From positions 65,131,373 through 65,183,192 of the forward strand of contig NC_068981.1 in the NCBI RefSeq assembly GCF_001194135.2: DNA of 51,820 bases, read 5' to 3'. The stretch comes from Octopus bimaculoides (lineage: Eukaryota). The notes beneath the pieces are model-generated. The model saw only the letters and a list, made by a program, of their open reading frames with translations, did no database searches and was not told the origin of the DNA. Shown here in pieces: positions 25,604 through 39,060 of this stretch; the first letter of the stretch is position 1, and every line of letters starts with the position of its first letter. The position numbers and the translations under genes were made by a program.

Positions 25604-25962
25604 NNNNNNNNNNNNNNNNNNNNNNNNNNNNNNNNNNNNNNNNNNNNNNNNNNNNNNNNNNNNNNNNNNNNNNNNNNNNNNNNNNNNNNNNNNNNNNNNN
25701 NNNNNNNNNNNNNNNNNNNNNNNNNNNNNNNNNNNNNNNNNNNNNNNNNNNNNNNNNNNNNNNNNNNNNNNNNNNNNNNNNNNNNNNNNNNNNNNNNNNN
25801 NNNNNNNNNNNNNNNNNNNNNNNNNNNNNNNNNNNNNNNNNNNNNNNNNNNNNNNNNNNNNNNNNNNNNNNNNNNNNNNNNNNNNNNNNNNNNNNNNNNN
25901 NNNNNNNNNNNNNNNNNNNNNNNNNNNNNNNNNNNNNNNNNNNNNNNNNNNNNNNNNNNNNN

Positions 25963-26006
<44 letters not shown>

Positions 26007-26017
26007 ACACACATACA

Positions 26018-27233
26018 CAGAGAGTGTCCTAAAATTAAGGCAACCAACTTTTTTCAATTTTGCCAAAGCAAAATATTGTTATTTCGGATCTGAGCATTGC
26101 AGTGATAACGGAAACACAATTATGACCCTGCCATATTTATTCTATATGACCACCGCTGTTTCAAATCTCAGCCTCAAGTCTAGGTGAGAATGCTTAACAT
26201 GCAGCTGTTCTTGTGGAATCAAAGCCCATTCCTGGCTCAGTTTTGCCTTCAGAGCATCGAGCGAAACGTGATGTTCTCGAGACCCTCGTCTCCAGAATGG
26301 ACCAAACTGAAAAATCCAACTGGTTGAAATCAAAGCTTCTTGAGGGCTATACATCCTTGCCTATGAATAACAGAATTTTTTTCCTGAATCCAGTGTTGTG
26401 TCTGCTTGGAGTTGTGGGATGGTGCCAAGTCCTGTTGGAGACTCCAAGGTGCACCTTGAAAGTGCTCATTCACCCATGGAAGCAGTTCAGTTTCCAGAAT
26501 GTTACTAATGTATTGCTGAGTGTTAATTTTAATACCCAAGGGCACAAAAACGGGGGCAGACCTTCCAGTGACTGTCACAGCCACCCAAACCGTAACTGAC
26601 TGTGGATTTTAACGTTGATTTATGAGTCTACCCTTGACTTGAGCCAAATACGCTCCAAAGTCGGTCATTTCTGGTGGTTTACTGTCTGTTCGATGTCAGA
26701 TTTCTTTTCATCAGTGAACACCAGTTTGGGCAGCATTCCTTCAACAATCTGACACAGGATAAGATGGCTTCTCTCCAGTCTCCTGGCTTTATAATCTTGT
26801 GTGAACTCATGACAGTAGATCATCTTGTAGGACCGGGTCCTGGGATCCTCCTTTAGCACTCAATACATCGATGTTCAGCTTATTTTTACTATGTCTTTTC
26901 TCGGTTACTTTTGATAGACTGAGGGGTTCACACACTTCTTTTTTGTCCAGGTCAACCAGCAATGAAATTTCTTGACAATATTCCAGACAGTTGTTCAGTT
27001 AATTTTAAACTTTCTTGCTATAGCTGTATTACTTTTACCTCCTTTGTGGAGGGTTATGATTGTTTTTCGGTCTATATCCATTATCTCATTTATAAATCTG
27101 GAATTTATTTAGTCAGAAACAAAAAGAAGACACACTAAGCTTTTATAATGATGTATGATTTTCATATCTTATCACATTTATTGATAGTTGTTAAAGCCCG
27201 AAACTTTGGTTGCCTTAATGTCAGGACGACCTG
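26018..27233 (-). mobile_element. Decayed, near full-length IS630-Tc1-mariner transposon, DD37D (maT/mori-like)
   Basis: Minus-strand fragments LVFTDEKK, QQDLAPSH and (W)PSRSFDFNQLDFSVWSILE; 37 residues between the 2nd and 3rd Asp after removing one A in an A-run; ATG at 27081; imperfect TIRs sharing gtcct.a.attaaggcaaccaa; TA at 27234-27235; stops and frameshifts present. Confidence 0.87.
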
Positions 27234-27271
<38 letters not shown>

Positions 27272-27298
27272 CACATTTATAAAATGTTATTTTCTCAG

Positions 27299-27436
27299 AT
27301 GAAAGGCGAAGCTGAAGCTTATGCTATTCAAGTGAAGGCAAAGGCCGATGCTGAACAAATGAAACACAAAGCTATTGCTTGGCAGTCATATGAGGACGCT
27401 GCTAAAACCGATATGATCCTGGAAGCTCTTCCAAAG
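27299..27436 (+). CDS. FLOT1: Flotillin-1 exon: MKGEAEAYAIQVKAKADAEQMKHKAIAWQSYEDAAKTDMILEALPK
   Basis: ttctcag| acceptor, |gtaagc donor, 138 nt, phase 0/0; GEAEA.AI and AEQM motifs. Confidence 0.97.
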
Positions 27437-28981
27437 GTAAGCCACTCTCAGAACTATACTTGATGTTTAACGATGTTACTACATCATTTTAATTTATTTG
27501 TGTACGATAATTGCTTATTTAACACTACCTTGTTTAGTACTTAGGCATCTTTTGTGTGTTTGTTTTCTGTTTCTTTACTGATATTTTTTGTAGAATAATG
27601 TCACATTATTATTATAATTCTATACTAAAATATGATTTGCACTTGTACATACTCTCACTAACACTCAATTTGTTCACACAATTTCTTACCATCATGAATG
27701 GCAAACAGCCTGCAACTTCAAGTACTAAATGTTCATCATGTGTACAAATGAAGAACATCACACTGAGTGTAAAATTTCAAGTACCCAAGTAATTGGAAGC
27801 TGGCCATTGTCTCCGTATTTGGTGAAGTTTTAAACTAGGTCATATCAATGATTAGAACAATCATGAAAATGCTGACAAGATAACTTCTGCCACAACATCC
27901 TCATTGTTATTTGCAAAAAAGTGTGACTCATTCAAGCTGTAAATCCTTTTAAAAGTAAGATATGGTTGCTACGAACAAAGAAATGCAACACAACATGCCA
28001 TTAATCCAATAATGAAGTTTCAGAAATAACATACTAGTTTGCTGAGGACTTTGCCTGGAAGCTTTGCAGAGAGGCAGACAAAAGTAATTTAGACAAAATA
28101 TCCTGATTGAGTGGATTTATTTCTGAGAGAATATACAAAAACATGCAGGATGGCTTTAAATGTATTTTTCAAAAAAGTAAAAGTGTCAGCCTGGACCTTT
28201 CATCTCAGATGTTGCCACTTTTGTTGAATTTCTCAGTGCAGATTTTCAACTGAATTATTGGTCAGTAGGCCTGTGTATTCCTAATTGAAACTGATTAGTC
28301 TAACCTGTATCAGAATGTTATAACAACACCAGATCTTAATTAACCTTGTTTAATTTAACATTAGATTACAGTGTGTGGGGTTATCTAAAGTTATTAAGCG
28401 TTTAGATGGTGTGACAATGAGCCTCTAAACTTTTCCAAGTATTACTGTAATATATACTTATAAATAATGCTACAAGCATGTCCACTGTATGGTTAAGAAG
28501 TTTGCTTCGTTCATGTTTCCAGTTTCTGTTGCTTTGTAAGACATTTTGGCAAGTATCTTGTACTTTCTAGAATAGCCTTGAAATTTGGTAAATGGAAACC
28601 CTGCAAAACTCTGCAGAAACCCATCAAATAAACTGTACATGCCCTTGTGTCAGGAAATTAATCTATCACTCGGTTTAACAACATGTAACTCTTAGGTGAC
28701 TTTAGTGAAGTTAACAATGTTGCAAACATTTGGATCCGATCTCTGGTCTGAAAATAACTTGATGTCTTGATACACTGCTTCCAACTGTACTAAACCAGTT
28801 TTGGAAGCCCTGCATAAAGTTAGAGATGTTGCTTTTCTGTTCCTGCTAGGCTAGCATCCAGTGTAATATTTTTTATAATAAACTTAACTCTACTTTTAGT
28901 ATTGAATCTCCTCATCAGCACCTTAAATTATCAAATTATGAATTTCTAAAGCAAAATGTATTTTTCTGTCTTCCACTACAG

Positions 28982-29149
28982 ATTGCTGCAGAAATTGCGG
29001 CACCATTGGCTCAGTGCCGTAAGGTAACCATGGTTTCTACAGGAAAGAGCGAAATCGGTGCAGCTAAACTGACTAACGAAGTCCTCCAAATCATGGAGAA
29101 ACTGCCACATGTTATTGAGGGATTGACAGGTGTAAATCTCATCAGTCAG
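28982..29149 (+). CDS. FLOT1: Flotillin-1 exon: IAAEIAAPLAQCRKVTMVSTGKSEIGAAKLTNEVLQIMEKLPHVIEGLTGVNLISQ
   Basis: ctacag| acceptor, |gtaagt donor, 168 nt, phase 0/0; AAEIAAPL, GAAKLT.EVL and LTGV motifs. Confidence 0.96.
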
Positions 29150-31642
29150 GTAAGTTTTGATATTAGAAAATAAAATGATTTATTCTAATAAGGATGAAAT
29201 GACAGCTTTTCTTTTTTGAATTTATTGTTCCTTAGACCACCATATTCTATCTTGCACTACACCTGACTTTCTCTCGCTCTTTGTTTCTCTCTCCGTCTCC
29301 CGCCCCCACCTGTAGCTTGCCCGAACATGTTATCTCTTGTTTTTCCCACATCAACTGCATCATCATTACTGTCCTGTTATTGCTCCCTTCTTGCATACCG
29401 GTATCTCCTTAATTCAAGCACCATTGACAATTCCTNNNNNNNNNNNNNNNNNNNNNNNNNNNNNNNNNNNNNNNNNNNNNNCCCACCTCATCCACCCTTC
29501 AACCCTACTCAATCCTTACAGACGTTGCCTACCTCCCCTCTCCCATCTCCCCTGTCTCTCCCCTTTCACTCACTTCTACTTGCCTTGTACCTTGAGGTGC
29601 CACCCAGACATCTTACCATCACTATTTGTCTTCACAGCTACTACTGATTCATTTCTCTCTCCTAAATGTAAGTAGCCATGTAGCTCCCCTACTCCCCTAC
29701 CCATTTCTGTCATACCTTAACCTACTAGCATAGAGACTCTTGTAGGCTTGCAAGTTTCAGGGCGATCTCTCTAGTGGTTGATATTAGGAAGGGCATCCAG
29801 CCTTAGAAACCATGGCATAGCAGACAGTACAATGCAGTCCCTGGACCCATCAGATCTTATCAAACCATCCAACCCATGCTAGCATGGACATTAAATGATG
29901 ACAATGATTAAATTTTTTTTTTGTTTTGTTATTCTAATTTCCTTTCACAGCTGCTCAAGAATGAAAATCCATCTAAGAAGTTTACTTTGCAATAAAGTAG
30001 TTCCAAGATTGGTCCCCCTTCATGGTACTTTTGGCAAGTGTTTTTTAGCTTAAACTCAGTTCTTCCTAACCCTTGACTGAAATAGAGTAATTGGAAACTG
30101 CAGAAGATCATCAACTGAACCATATCTATTCCTGGATGGCTGACCTCCGCTGCCTACTTTAACAGCACTGCCACCTGGTCTTTGAGGTCCTTTAAGTGGA
30201 TTGCGTCTTGTCTGCTGCAAGCATTCAGACCAGATTTTGTCTCTGGCAATAACCCAATATCTTCCTCTATTACAAGTTTAGGAGCCCTGCAAAAAGTTTG
30301 AGACTGCCTCTCGCTCTCTCTCTCTCTTTCTATAGCTAAACCATAAAATGTAATAGGGAAACAAATTATAGAAAAGACCTTTTCCTCCCACCTAGCTTAC
30401 TTATCTCCAATGTGTTGGGGTTTTTTTCTGTGAATGAGAACACACAGTTCATTATGAAGAAAAGCTAGTCTATCTCAGAAAGTGTTGAATTCAGCTCTAC
30501 TCCTCTCAAGATATAACTTGTCAATATTCCTACTCTATAGACTGGGTTATTTTGAGCAAAGTGTTATGTCTTTATGAGCATAATGTAAGGCTAGAAAAGG
30601 AGACAAAGTGCCTATCTCTTTGTTGGACTGTCCAGTATTGTATCTATTTGGTGATAGTAGTGTTTAGCCTAGGTCAGCTGTGACCAAGTGTTCCAGCCAA
30701 TACCATCCTGTCTTTCAGACATAATGTATTTAGAATATCATTATCCTGTGTTCTCTAGTTGGAAATGGTAGGATGTGATATGAGGAAGATTTGGCTGCTA
30801 TCTGTAGTAGGTTAAACAACCACTTAGCAGCTCTCTTACTGGCTTGCCTCTTTTGTCTGAATAGGTAACATCATTGAGACTGAACTGAAACGCACATGAT
30901 AGTGATTGTTTTAAAGTTTAATTCCCAGCTTATACCAGAATGGATAGGTTCCCCTCTTGTCATAACTGGCACATTATGTTGAATCCAAAAATTGTGTCTG
31001 ACATAGTCTGCAGTATAGTTATGGTGTATTTTTCCAGTTAACATGTGCTTTTTTCCTGCATGTTGTGAAGAATAATTTAATGTTAATGTCAGGAAAGGCA
31101 TCTGGTTCTAAAACAGTGCTCCAAAAAAGTTTTGTCCAACCCATGCCGGCATGGAAAAACTGACATAACCATGATGGTGATTAGTCAGCTTAGAAATAAG
31201 ACTGGTTGTATGAGGGTTTTTTTGTTTTGTTTTGTTTTGTTTTGTTGGGGGAGTTTTTTTGTTCTTTTTATATTGGCTTAAAATTTTGGGTCCTTCTCTT
31301 TATTTTACACAACAAAGTTTTAGATCAAGCACTTTCTATTTCTTGTACTAACAACATAAATATTATGTATCAATCTTATGTGTATATGTCTCAAATCTTG
31401 TGTGTGTGTGCGTGCGTGCATGCCAGTGTACCAATCTTCTGTGTCTATGTTTCATGCTCTTCTTTATGTATATGCTTGTCAATCTTTTGTGTGTATTTGT
31501 TAGTGTTTTCTCTATGTGTGTGTGTGTGTGTCAGTCTTTTTGCATTCATGTGTGTCAATCTTAATGTACATACATGTCAGTGTATCTATGTAGTGTATAT
31601 GTCTGAACAAATATTTATGAATATCATCTTTATATTTTTCAG

Positions 31643-31672
31643 ACAATGGCATCCTCACGTGCTATGGTGTAA
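31643..31672 (+). CDS. FLOT1: Probable last coding exon of flotillin-1: TMASSRAMV*
   Basis: Strong acceptor (ctttatatttttcag|), in frame, TAA at 31670-31672; C-terminal length fits flotillin-1; followed by a long SINE-free AT-rich tract. The peptide is too short to confirm by homology. Confidence 0.7.
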   Translation, partial: TMASSRAMV

Positions 31673-32875
31673 ACAGATAATGGTTTGGAGTTTTTGTGGT
31701 GCTTACCATGACAGCTCATTATGAAAAGTATCAGTTACTCTGGAAAAGTTCATCAAATTTCTTTTTCATTAATACTCAGAGAATCAGTGAACGCTGATCC
31801 TCCTCTGCCCTTTTTTTTTTTTTTATCATTTAGCCAGCTATTTCAAGTTATTTGATATCTGTAATTTGTTTTATTGGCTTTCTAAATATCTTTATATGAA
31901 TTCATAAGCAAATCTAACTTTGCCTTCATTATAAAAATATTGTGATGAGCAAATGGTGTAGCTGTAAGTCCTCGGGTAAATGGGGATCATGTGTCGCCCA
32001 GCTTTCAGTTGCTGATTGAGAATGAAACAAATCTTTACTGATTCTGCTTATGTTTGTGGGAAAAGTATGGACATCACAGCATCCCATTTTCCTATCTCCC
32101 TTAAAACTGATTTCGTACTTAAGAAATTATTATTATTATCATTGTCATCATCTCATAATCACTGTATCTATTCAGTATTCTGTTATATTTTCTTTTAAAC
32201 ACCATAATTACAAATTATTTTATTCTCCAAAAGTTTATTCCATTTTAGAAAAGATTTCTTCAAATACATTTTTGAACATCCTAATTTTTTTGTTTTTCTT
32301 TTCAATAAAATGAGTATCATATTTTGCAAATCATCATTATTATTATTATTATAATTATGTTTTGGTAAATAAATTTATCACTATATTTTTTTCCCTAAGA
32401 TCCTTGCCAGAGAGTAAAGAGAATTTCTATAAAATTTATTGCATTAGTGTTTAAAGAAAGGATTGCCACTTACATTTTATTTAAACATCATTGTCATTAT
32501 TATTACTGTCAAACATAGATACCAGCCAAGTACTATTGCTTTTGTTTGAAACACACACAATTGTTGTCACAATAGTATGGCCATTGACCAGGAATACTAA
32601 GTAATCTTTACATAAAGTGGGGTCACTTAGAAAATATAACTTACATCACATCAACCAGCCAATACCTATGGAAAATGGTACAACTTCAGCTAGTGAGAAT
32701 GGCAGTCTCTGTGATGGACCATTCAGACAGTTTTTGTTTCCTGATTCCACAACCCACTATTCTCATTGGCAAAGATCAACTTGTTTCTCCTATTTCCAGT
32801 TAAGTCAATTAGCCAAATAACAGCATCTTTCCTAAAATATCACAAACAAAAGTAAAATAGTTTTTGGCTGTATAG

Positions 32876-32916
<41 letters not shown>

Positions 32917-34980
32917 CTTCAATCTTGTGTTGTCATGATATCACTAAAACTGAAAATATATTGGTTAATTTACATAATTAAACGTTTCCATTTTTATTTT
33001 ATTCCAAGAATTTCGTAATATCCTATTTAATATAAGCAATCTGATGGAATTCTTGATAACTTAACCTTTGCCTCTTTGGAAAATATTTTCCTTATCTTTT
33101 AAATATTTCTAATATTATTTTCTAAAGAAAAAAACAAACTAAAAACTCTTAAATGTTACAGATGCTGATGATCCATTTGCTCTTTCAAGTATTTAGATAA
33201 GCTTTTTGTTTTCCTGTATTTTCTTTTATTTAGTCAAACATAATAACAGTAAAACAATCTATGTAGTATATATATGTATATATATATATATATTTATATA
33301 TATTGGTTAGTTTTCATTCTTACTTTCACTAGTTTAATATTCTAAGGTTTTATGGGAGGGAATGTCCTTTTTTTTTTTTTTTAATTAATTCTGCTTAAGA
33401 ATAAAACGAATTCATCAAATTCTTTTTCTGTAGCTCTGTCAATATATCTTGTTGGCGGTAGCACTTGTTATTTATACAATAGTTGATGATTCTAAGAGCT
33501 TATCAATTGACTAATATTTCATTTGGGATAAAAATAATAATTTTGTTTTTATGAATTTGCTTCATCTCTTAAAACATCAGGCATAAATGACAATAACCAT
33601 TATTTCAACTTGTTATGTAGTGTTTTATTAAATTTTTTGCAGAGTTTACACGAGTTATTCATTGTCTAATGAAATCTCTTCATTAATTATTATTATTAAT
33701 AATAATAATATTATTATTATTATTGTATGAATCACTATTTTCATATACATTGTTAACTCAGCATAATTTTTCATCAGCTTTGAGTGTCTTAATTTGGAAC
33801 TGTTTACCATCTTGGGTATGTCACTGTTTAACTACGAGAATGTTGAGCCTTCAACTAATTATAAACTTGTTTAAAATGCTTCAAGCCTATTCTATGCTTA
33901 TGGCTACTAATTTCTCTCTGAATGGAAATTAAAAAAAACATGTTTATGTATCTAAAAATTCCAACTATTTAAAATATTTATGTAAAAGAAATATATAGCA
34001 TTTTACTTCAATCTCAATTAAAAAAAAAAATAGATGATTTGCACAAAAAATTTCCCTGCAGCAATATTATGGACTATACGGAATATTAAAAGGAAAACTT
34101 TTTTTAACCATTTGATGTGGTATGCTTTTTGAGATTGTCCATAACTCTTTTTGTCTTTAAAAGTAGGTGTTCTTAGATAAATACTGTTATTTTTTTAAAT
34201 TATTTGTGTTTAATGTCAAGTTTCCAATTAGCTACAAATAATGAATACAGAAATGTATTATGCCATTATTTTTTGTTATTGCATTTTGTTCCATGATGTA
34301 GATAATTTAAAATACCAACTCAACAATCTAGCGAAACAGCCCAATATTATATGGATATATATATTAAGTGCTGCCATGTTAGTTGTGAAGCTTAAGAGGC
34401 CATTGTTACAAACATAATGTTAGTTGATATCTTTGCAGTTGCTGACCTTCAACTGTTTCAGAATATTCTATAATTGTCACTGATTTGCTTCAGAATTTTC
34501 TTAATGCCAAAGATAAAATAAAGATTGGCCAATTAAAGTTGGTGTGTAGTGGGAGCTATATTATTCTTATTCTAATCAAAGCAAAACTTCTCTTAAGTTT
34601 TCTATGATTATAAAATAGTCATTTTTATTCCTTTATTAATAATTATTTATATTCACTGTTGATTTTTAAAAATTGATGCATAATTGGGTTCAATTATCAA
34701 GTTGAAGATAATAATTCATTTTAAATTGGACAGTAGAAATCAATAGGTCTCCTTCTGTTCAATTGTTTAGTTTCTCTTGACAGTTTTACCATCGAAGCTG
34801 AATTAACTTTTTTTTCAACTTGGATGGTTACTGCAGTCTCTAAAGTTTTTACAAAAGATTGTATATACTTTGCAGACTAAACTCAAGTGTGAAATTCTTA
34901 TCTAACATATGAGAATTAATGTATGGCCTGAAATAATAACTGCTGAATCCTGTTGTTGCTATTTCACCATTAAATTCATT

Positions 34981-35021
<41 letters not shown>

Positions 35022-35400
35022 TACTGAGTTGATAAATTCAACTGTTTGCCATACTTTAGTTCACCTACCAGTAAGATAATAGCATTTGAAGGTAATCAAC
35101 TATTTAAGGTAACACAATATTTTTGAGAAATTTCAACTCAGTGCAAATTTATTTGAAAATTTCTTGTGCAGATACCCTTCAGTGCTATGTTTTATTGAAG
35201 CTGAATGAAATATGGGTTTAGTCTTCTGGTTGACAATGGAGTCAATGTATTGCTCAACAAAAATCAAAAGAACTCTCTGAGATTAGTTCAAATATAATAT
35301 ATATATATATATACATACACACAATTCTATAATAGTTTCAAAAGAAATAAGGTTTTATTGTATGCAAAAATGCACGTCTATAAGGTTAAGTATTTCTACA
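31673..35400 (+). other. FLOT1: Probable long 3' UTR of flotillin-1 (3' end not fixed)
   Basis: About 4 kb, very AT-rich, no recognisable copies of the SINEs dense elsewhere; several AATAAA hexamers; poly(A) site cannot be placed from sequence alone. Confidence 0.45.
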
Positions 35401-36437
35401 ATCCCNNNNNNNNNNNNNNNNNNNNNNNNNNNNNNNNNNNNNNNNNNNNNNNNNNNNNNNNNNNNNNNNNNNNNNNNNNNNNNNNNNNNNNNNNNNNNNN
35501 NNNNNNNNNNNNNNNNNNNNNNNNNNNNNNNNNNNNNNNNNNNNNNNNNNNNNNNNNNNNNNNNNNNNNNNNNNNNNNNTGATCTTTCTTGTATTTTGCT
35601 CTTTGTAAAAAAAAAAAAAAAGCAAAAAATAAAAACTTTGTCTGGAAATAAATAAATTTTTTATTTTATTTTATTTTACTTTAAACTTCCTAGTCAAAAA
35701 AAAACACCCACCACCTTCGCTTGTCAAGATCATTTTCTCTTGATATAAGATAGGAAGGAATATAGTTTTACAAGATGCCCTTCTTACTACATCCAACCTT
35801 CCTATCAGGTAATTTCTTCAATGATGTAAAGGTATATAAAGACTGGTAACAATTTCTGATGTTACAAGGTTTTTTGGGGAGGGTTTATTTTTTCTGTAAA
35901 CCACTATTTTAAAACTTCAAATCAGGGATAAATTTGTTTAATCAATATGGTATTTTTAGTCAGTTAGTTTTCTCTCTAGATTAGAAAACAAACTCGTACA
36001 TCACAGCTATTTATCTATTCTCTGATTTTCATAGTGCTCTCACACTTTTATACAATCAATGTAGTAACACTGCTGGCTGGGTGGACAAAAATGTCAAAAT
36101 AATGTAATGTGGGACATTCATTTTAGTTTTGAATTTTATACACATTCAGCTGAAGGGACAAAACTGTAATTTTAAATAGTATTTCTATTTTAAGTGCCTT
36201 TTTCATTATTGTTTATTCAAAAGTGCTGGAATAAAAGAAATGGCAGTATTGTACTAAATGCTACTGAGCTTGACATATCCTCTTAACTATGTATACAGAT
36301 AAATATACTGATATTGATTCAGACAATTATACCTCTGCAATACAAATATGTGGCCTTTTTTATAGTTTATTCAGTGAACTTGCATTCAAAATTACCTAAA
36401 CACTAAATATATATAATATATATATATAATACACACA

Positions 36438-37651
36438 CAGTCATCTCAAAAGAAATAGACACCACCATTTTTGAAAGATACTTTGCTAGAAACAAAATAT
36501 TTGATGCATTTTAAATACTTAATCGAGTATTTAGTAGACATTCCTTGTGCAGTTTTTGATGGTTTGATCCATTTTGGGCATCACATTGAATTCAGAAATT
36601 GTTTTCTGTAGTCTCTCTCCAAACAGCACGCATCCGGTTGAACAAATCTGCCTTCCATGTTGGTTTTTGTGGGAGGTTTTCCCACTATTCTGCTAAGTTG
36701 CCCCAAAAGTATTCAATGGGGTACATATCAGGAGACTGGCTTGGCCAAAGAGTTCTTTTGATTCTATTTTTTTCTCCTGACAGTTACTGCTCTTTTAAAC
36801 TATGTGGCATGAAGTGCCATCTTCCATAAATAAAGTGTCATTTTTTTACCATCTGACCATTGAAGAAAATTGGGTAAAGTCCTTTGCAAAGGTTGGAAAT
36901 GTATTTTACTGAGTTTATGTTGTCAATACACTCCACCACTTCTAAATGCTCCAGATTGCTCCCACACCATCACTGAAAAGCTGGTTTAAATCAGTTACAA
37001 CTGTGAAATAAAGCAAACTCTTGATTAGGCAGTCTTTAGATCAATGCATATCCACTGTCAGAAAATAGTGCAAATCTTAATTCGTCCAGGAATGTGACAG
37101 TTTCCCTGAAACCTTTGGACCTCTCTACCATCTTATTTGCCCACTCCTTTAGTCTTTGAATTATTGCTGGTCAAAGAAGAGGTTTCCTTCTAGCTGTTCT
37201 GCCATAGTTATCAAATTGGTGGAGATACCTCAAAGAAGCACTCCCAATTCATTTGGAGTTGTTCTGCAATATCAGCTGCCTTACAATGGGTATTATTTCC
37301 AACAATCTGCTTGACAGCCTGGAAACACCTGTCAGAAGGCCCAGGTCAACCTGAACCAGGTTTCTTTCCTTTGCTGGTAAATTGTACAATCATTTTGTTA
37401 ACTGTGCCAAAAGGAGTCCCAAGGTTTTATGCAATCATACACTGGCTAAATATACCCTCAGATTGACTCACAATACACTCTCTTTAAAAATCAGACAACT
37501 CATTCTCTGCTGTTTGTAGCATAGCTAATTGCTATAAGCAATTAATAAACTGTAGTCTGAAATGAAAACTAATACATCAAGTTTGATGCACCAGGTAGTG
37601 TCTGCACATAAAACTATGATAATGGGTGTCTATTTACATTAAAGATGACTG
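36438..37651 (-). mobile_element. Decayed, near full-length Tc1-like transposon (about DD34E)
   Basis: TIRs CAGTCATCTCAAAAGAAATAGACACC vs CAGTCATCTTTAATGTAAATAGACACC; minus-strand motifs ARRKPLL, FLDELRF, VMVWGAI, FMEDG..CH, WPSQSPDMYPIE; many stops. Confidence 0.87.
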
Positions 37652-38864
37652 AGTGTGTATATATGTATAATCAGTGGAATTTCCTCTGTGAATGCAAGCC
37701 ATGTAATTTATACCTGAGATATAAAAATTAATACAAATAAATTGAATTTTAACATGTTTCATTTTTATGAGACTGCTTCAAATAGGGCATGTACATGATA
37801 TATGTACCCAGCTTCAGTTATATGGTTTTTAAACACTACCTGAATTAGCAAGAATCATCCCGAAGACATATCCAACCCATGCTAGCATGGAAAAGGGACA
37901 TTACAAGCTTGAGATTAGTAACTGAAGTAATGCAAATTTAAACTCTTTTATTACAATAAATTGTCAACTCTGAGGTAAATAATATCGTGAGTGCTATTGT
38001 TTTAAGGCATAAACATGCATTAAAATTTTTGTTACATCAGGTACTGGTATAGCTTCCCGAAAGGAACTCAGATAAAATTATAGAAAGTGTTGTTAAAACT
38101 TACAAATTATTAATTTCATTATATATGTAACCATTTTTAATTTTGCTGTCAAGTAATTCTTGTATTGGTTTTGTGTATTGCTTCGTTTAAAAGCTGTACT
38201 AAATTAAATGAATTAACTTTGCATATCCAAGGTGCAGCTATTACTAGGTTTTAAGATATTTTATTGCAAAGTTGCTAATAGTAGAAGTTAAGATTTCTGG
38301 GCTGCCTTCATGTTATTGGATTATTTTGTTTGTCAGATATTGATTCCCCAGTCTCTTATACTTTAATTCAGAATTATAAGCTGGAAGGTTGAAATTTCGA
38401 TTGAAAATCATTTCATATTGTGAGAAGGGCATTTAAGATTGAGTCCTTAGATGGGAGTGAACAATCTTACTGAAATTGTTTCTTGTTGCTAAATCAAAGT
38501 TATAATAGAAACTTTTTTTTTTTCACACTATCTCTAAATGCAGCATTTAAACATTTACATTACATTTCTAAGATTCATTCCAACTATAGCAGCTACTTTA
38601 CACATATGGCTTCAGTTTGGAATCAGCTAGCAGCAACTCCGGCCATATCTAATTTTGTAACACTATCTAAATTATGTTTATTGAAGATTATTAGGCAAAG
38701 TGTACTTCTTATATAAACTTACTTGCAAACCTACTTTTATGTCAAACTAGATATCATATATGGTAAAATATTATTGAAGTGGTTATCAACAAATGAAAGC
38801 ACACTGAATATTTCTATATAATTTAATTTATTGTCAGTATTATAAATGTAACAAGGTGGCAGAG

Positions 38865-39060
38865 TTGTTACTACACTGGGTGAAATGCTTAGTGGTATTT
38901 TGTCTGTCTTCACATTCTCAGTTCAAATTCCACTGAGGTTGACTTTGCTTTTCATCCTTTCGGGGTTGATAAAATAAATACCAGTTGAGTACTGGGGTCG
39001 ATGTCATCGACTTACTCCCTACCCCAAAATTGCCGGCTTTGTGCCAAAATTTGAAATCAA
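38865..39060 (+). mobile_element. Family B SINE
   Basis: gttcaaattccactgaggttgactttgcttttcatcctttcggggttgataaaata...gtgccaaaatttgaaa. Confidence 0.8.

Noticed and set aside
29638-29667. 30-nt splice-bounded in-frame segment (LLLIHFSLLN)
   Set aside because: Lies in pyrimidine-rich, repeat-like sequence where acceptor look-alikes are expected.
31206-31724. 172-aa ORF overlapping the last exon
   Set aside because: Low-complexity TG/T-rich intron sequence in a different frame from the exon; compositional artefact.
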